DNA of 50,664 bases, the filler included, from Trypethelium eluteriae (Eukaryota): the NCBI GenBank assembly GCA_051942245.1. It is 2 parts of 2 records of this genome, joined end to end, with 100 filler letters (N's around TTAATTAATTAA, not from the genome) between each part and the next. Parts side by side here need not be neighbours in the genome. Positions count along the whole stretch, not along the records: positions 25,391 to 50,664 come from JAVECL010000379.1; 1 more part is not named here. The stretch is one strand, 5' to 3'. Under the pieces are notes generated by a model. It worked only from the letters and a program-made list of their open reading frames with translations, did not search any database and had not been told where the DNA came from. Each line of letters opens with the position of its first letter. Position 1 is the stretch's first letter. A program made the position numbers and the translations under genes. Positions 49,263-50,664 of the stretch are shown here, piece by piece.

Positions 49263-50279
49263 GACCAGGTACCTACGGAGTGGTCTACAAGGCTAAAGAT
49301 CTCACGACTAAGGACCATCGGATCGTCGCTCTGAAGAAAATACGTCTCGAAGCCGAAGATGAAGGCGTACCCTCCACAGCTATCCGCGAAATCTCGCTTC
49401 TTAAGGAAATGAATGACCCCGCTATCGTGCGCCTGTTGAATATCGTGCACGCCGACGGCCACAAGCTTTACCTAGTCTTCGAATATCTCGACCTCGATCT
49501 CAAGAAATACATGGAGGCCCTTCCAGTATCACAAGGTGGGCGCGGTAAAGCCTTGCCAGAAGGCGCGGGCGCGGCATTGGCGACTCTGGGCATGGGTCCT
49601 CTGATTGTCAAGAAATTCTTGAGTCAGTTGATTTCTGGTACCAGGTACTGTCACGCTCACAGAGTGCTCCATCGCGATCTGAAGCCTCAAAATCTGTTGA
49701 TCGACAAAGAGGGGAACTTGAAACTAGCGGATTTCGGTTTGGCCAGGGCTTTTGGTGTTCCCCTTAGGACATACACTCATGAGGTTTGTTTTTGACTCTT
49801 CAATGCTAGGAAATGTCAGATTCAATGAGCTGATTATCTTATAGGTCGTCACTCTTTGGTATCGCTCCCCTGAGATCCTCCTAGGTAGCCGTCAATATTC
49901 CACCGGCGTAGACATGTGGTCCGTTGGCTGCATTTTTGCCGAAATGTGCACTCGAAAACCTCTCTTCCCCGGTGATTCGGAAATCGACGAGATTTTCAAA
50001 ATTTTCCGCATTCTGGGTACACCCTCAGAGCAGGAGTGGCCTGGTGTGACTTCTTTGCCTGATTTCAAACCCTCTTTCCCGAAATGGCAACGGAGTGACC
50101 TTGGATCTAATGTCTCCAGTCTTGATGAGGAAGGGCTTGACCTGCTAGATGCATTGCTCGTGTATGATCCAGCAGGTCGAATCAGCGCCAAGCAGGCGCT
50201 CATGCACCCTTACTTCATCGACGAGCCTGTACCACAACAGCCGCACAGTCGAACAATGGTGAGGAATGGATTTCATTAA
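49148..50279 (+). CDS. cdk1: Cyclin-dependent kinase 1 (Cdc2/Cdc28/NimX)
   Basis: [43 protein letters not shown] and GDSEIDEIF; introns 49185-49268 and 49784-49844. Confidence 0.97.
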
Positions 50280-50484
50280 CAATGGTCATGAAATTTTTTT
50301 GGTAACAGGCCAACATTGGTAACGAGCAATTCATTTGTTGGCTTGGAGGGTCTTTGGGAATTGGTGTTCCGGTACGGCGAAGAGGGAAGTTGTAACAATG
50401 AGAGTCTCTATCAAGTCGCATCTCAAATGGCTTGCTTCGGTTTCGTCAAGTTTCCATACCACAACTTGTGTTAAATCATCATCA

Positions 50485-50664
50485 TTAGTCCTGAAATAAC
50501 AATCCGGCAGCATGTTCCACATTCCCTTCTGTTACATTCAACGCAGCCACAGCCTGTGGTCTGGAAAACCCCAAATCCTGCAACTGCCGCACCTTCTCAT
50601 TCCCAAACGGCGACTCCGCCACCGGCCCAAACGCCCCCGGCGGCGTCAACGGCCACCCTCTCCC
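50485..50664 (-). CDS. C-terminal UBA domain of a gene entering from the right (probably Ddi1)
   Basis: 60 codons ending ...FGNEKVRQLQDLGFSRPQAVAALNVTEGNVEHAAGLLFQD*: LGF loop and terminal LL/LF typical of UBA domains. Not in the ORF track. Confidence 0.7.
   Translation of the reverse strand, partial: GRGWPLTPPGAFGPVAESPFGNEKVRQLQDLGFSRPQAVAALNVTEGNVEHAAGLLFQD

Overview
Gene-dense region of a filamentous ascomycete (Pezizomycotina) genome with short GT-AG spliceosomal introns. A 100-nt artificial spacer (N44-TTAATTAATTAA-N44, 25291-25390) joins two contigs, so adjacency across it is unproven. Left contig: a large Ser/Pro-rich, possibly Seg1-like protein (partial), an epoxide-hydrolase-type alpha/beta hydrolase, a small hypothetical protein, a GPI-anchored Bim1/X325-like copper protein, a FucP-type transporter pseudogene, a proline-permease-like gene divergent from an isochorismatase-family gene, an SRR1-like gene, a GST-like gene and an RfeG-like gene. 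Right contig: a Kch1/Prm6 K+ transporter, a membrane-anchored protein with a PemK/MazF-like N-terminal pattern, a UCH deubiquitinase with a premature TAG, zds1, gem1, creC, a creD-like arrestin, an Slm1-like PH protein, a DUF4419 gene, cdk1 and the UBA end of a probable Ddi1. The most unusual signals are recurring ~1 kb GC-rich islands that flip from C/A-rich to G/T-rich regardless of gene strand, the putative eukaryotic MazF-fold protein beside a decaying UCH, two pseudogenes with identifiable lesions, and many non-YAG splice acceptors, including a GAG acceptor before the Gem1 membrane-anchor exon. No tRNA, rRNA, CRISPR array or intact transposon was recognised. All family calls come from manual translation and recalled motifs, not database searches.
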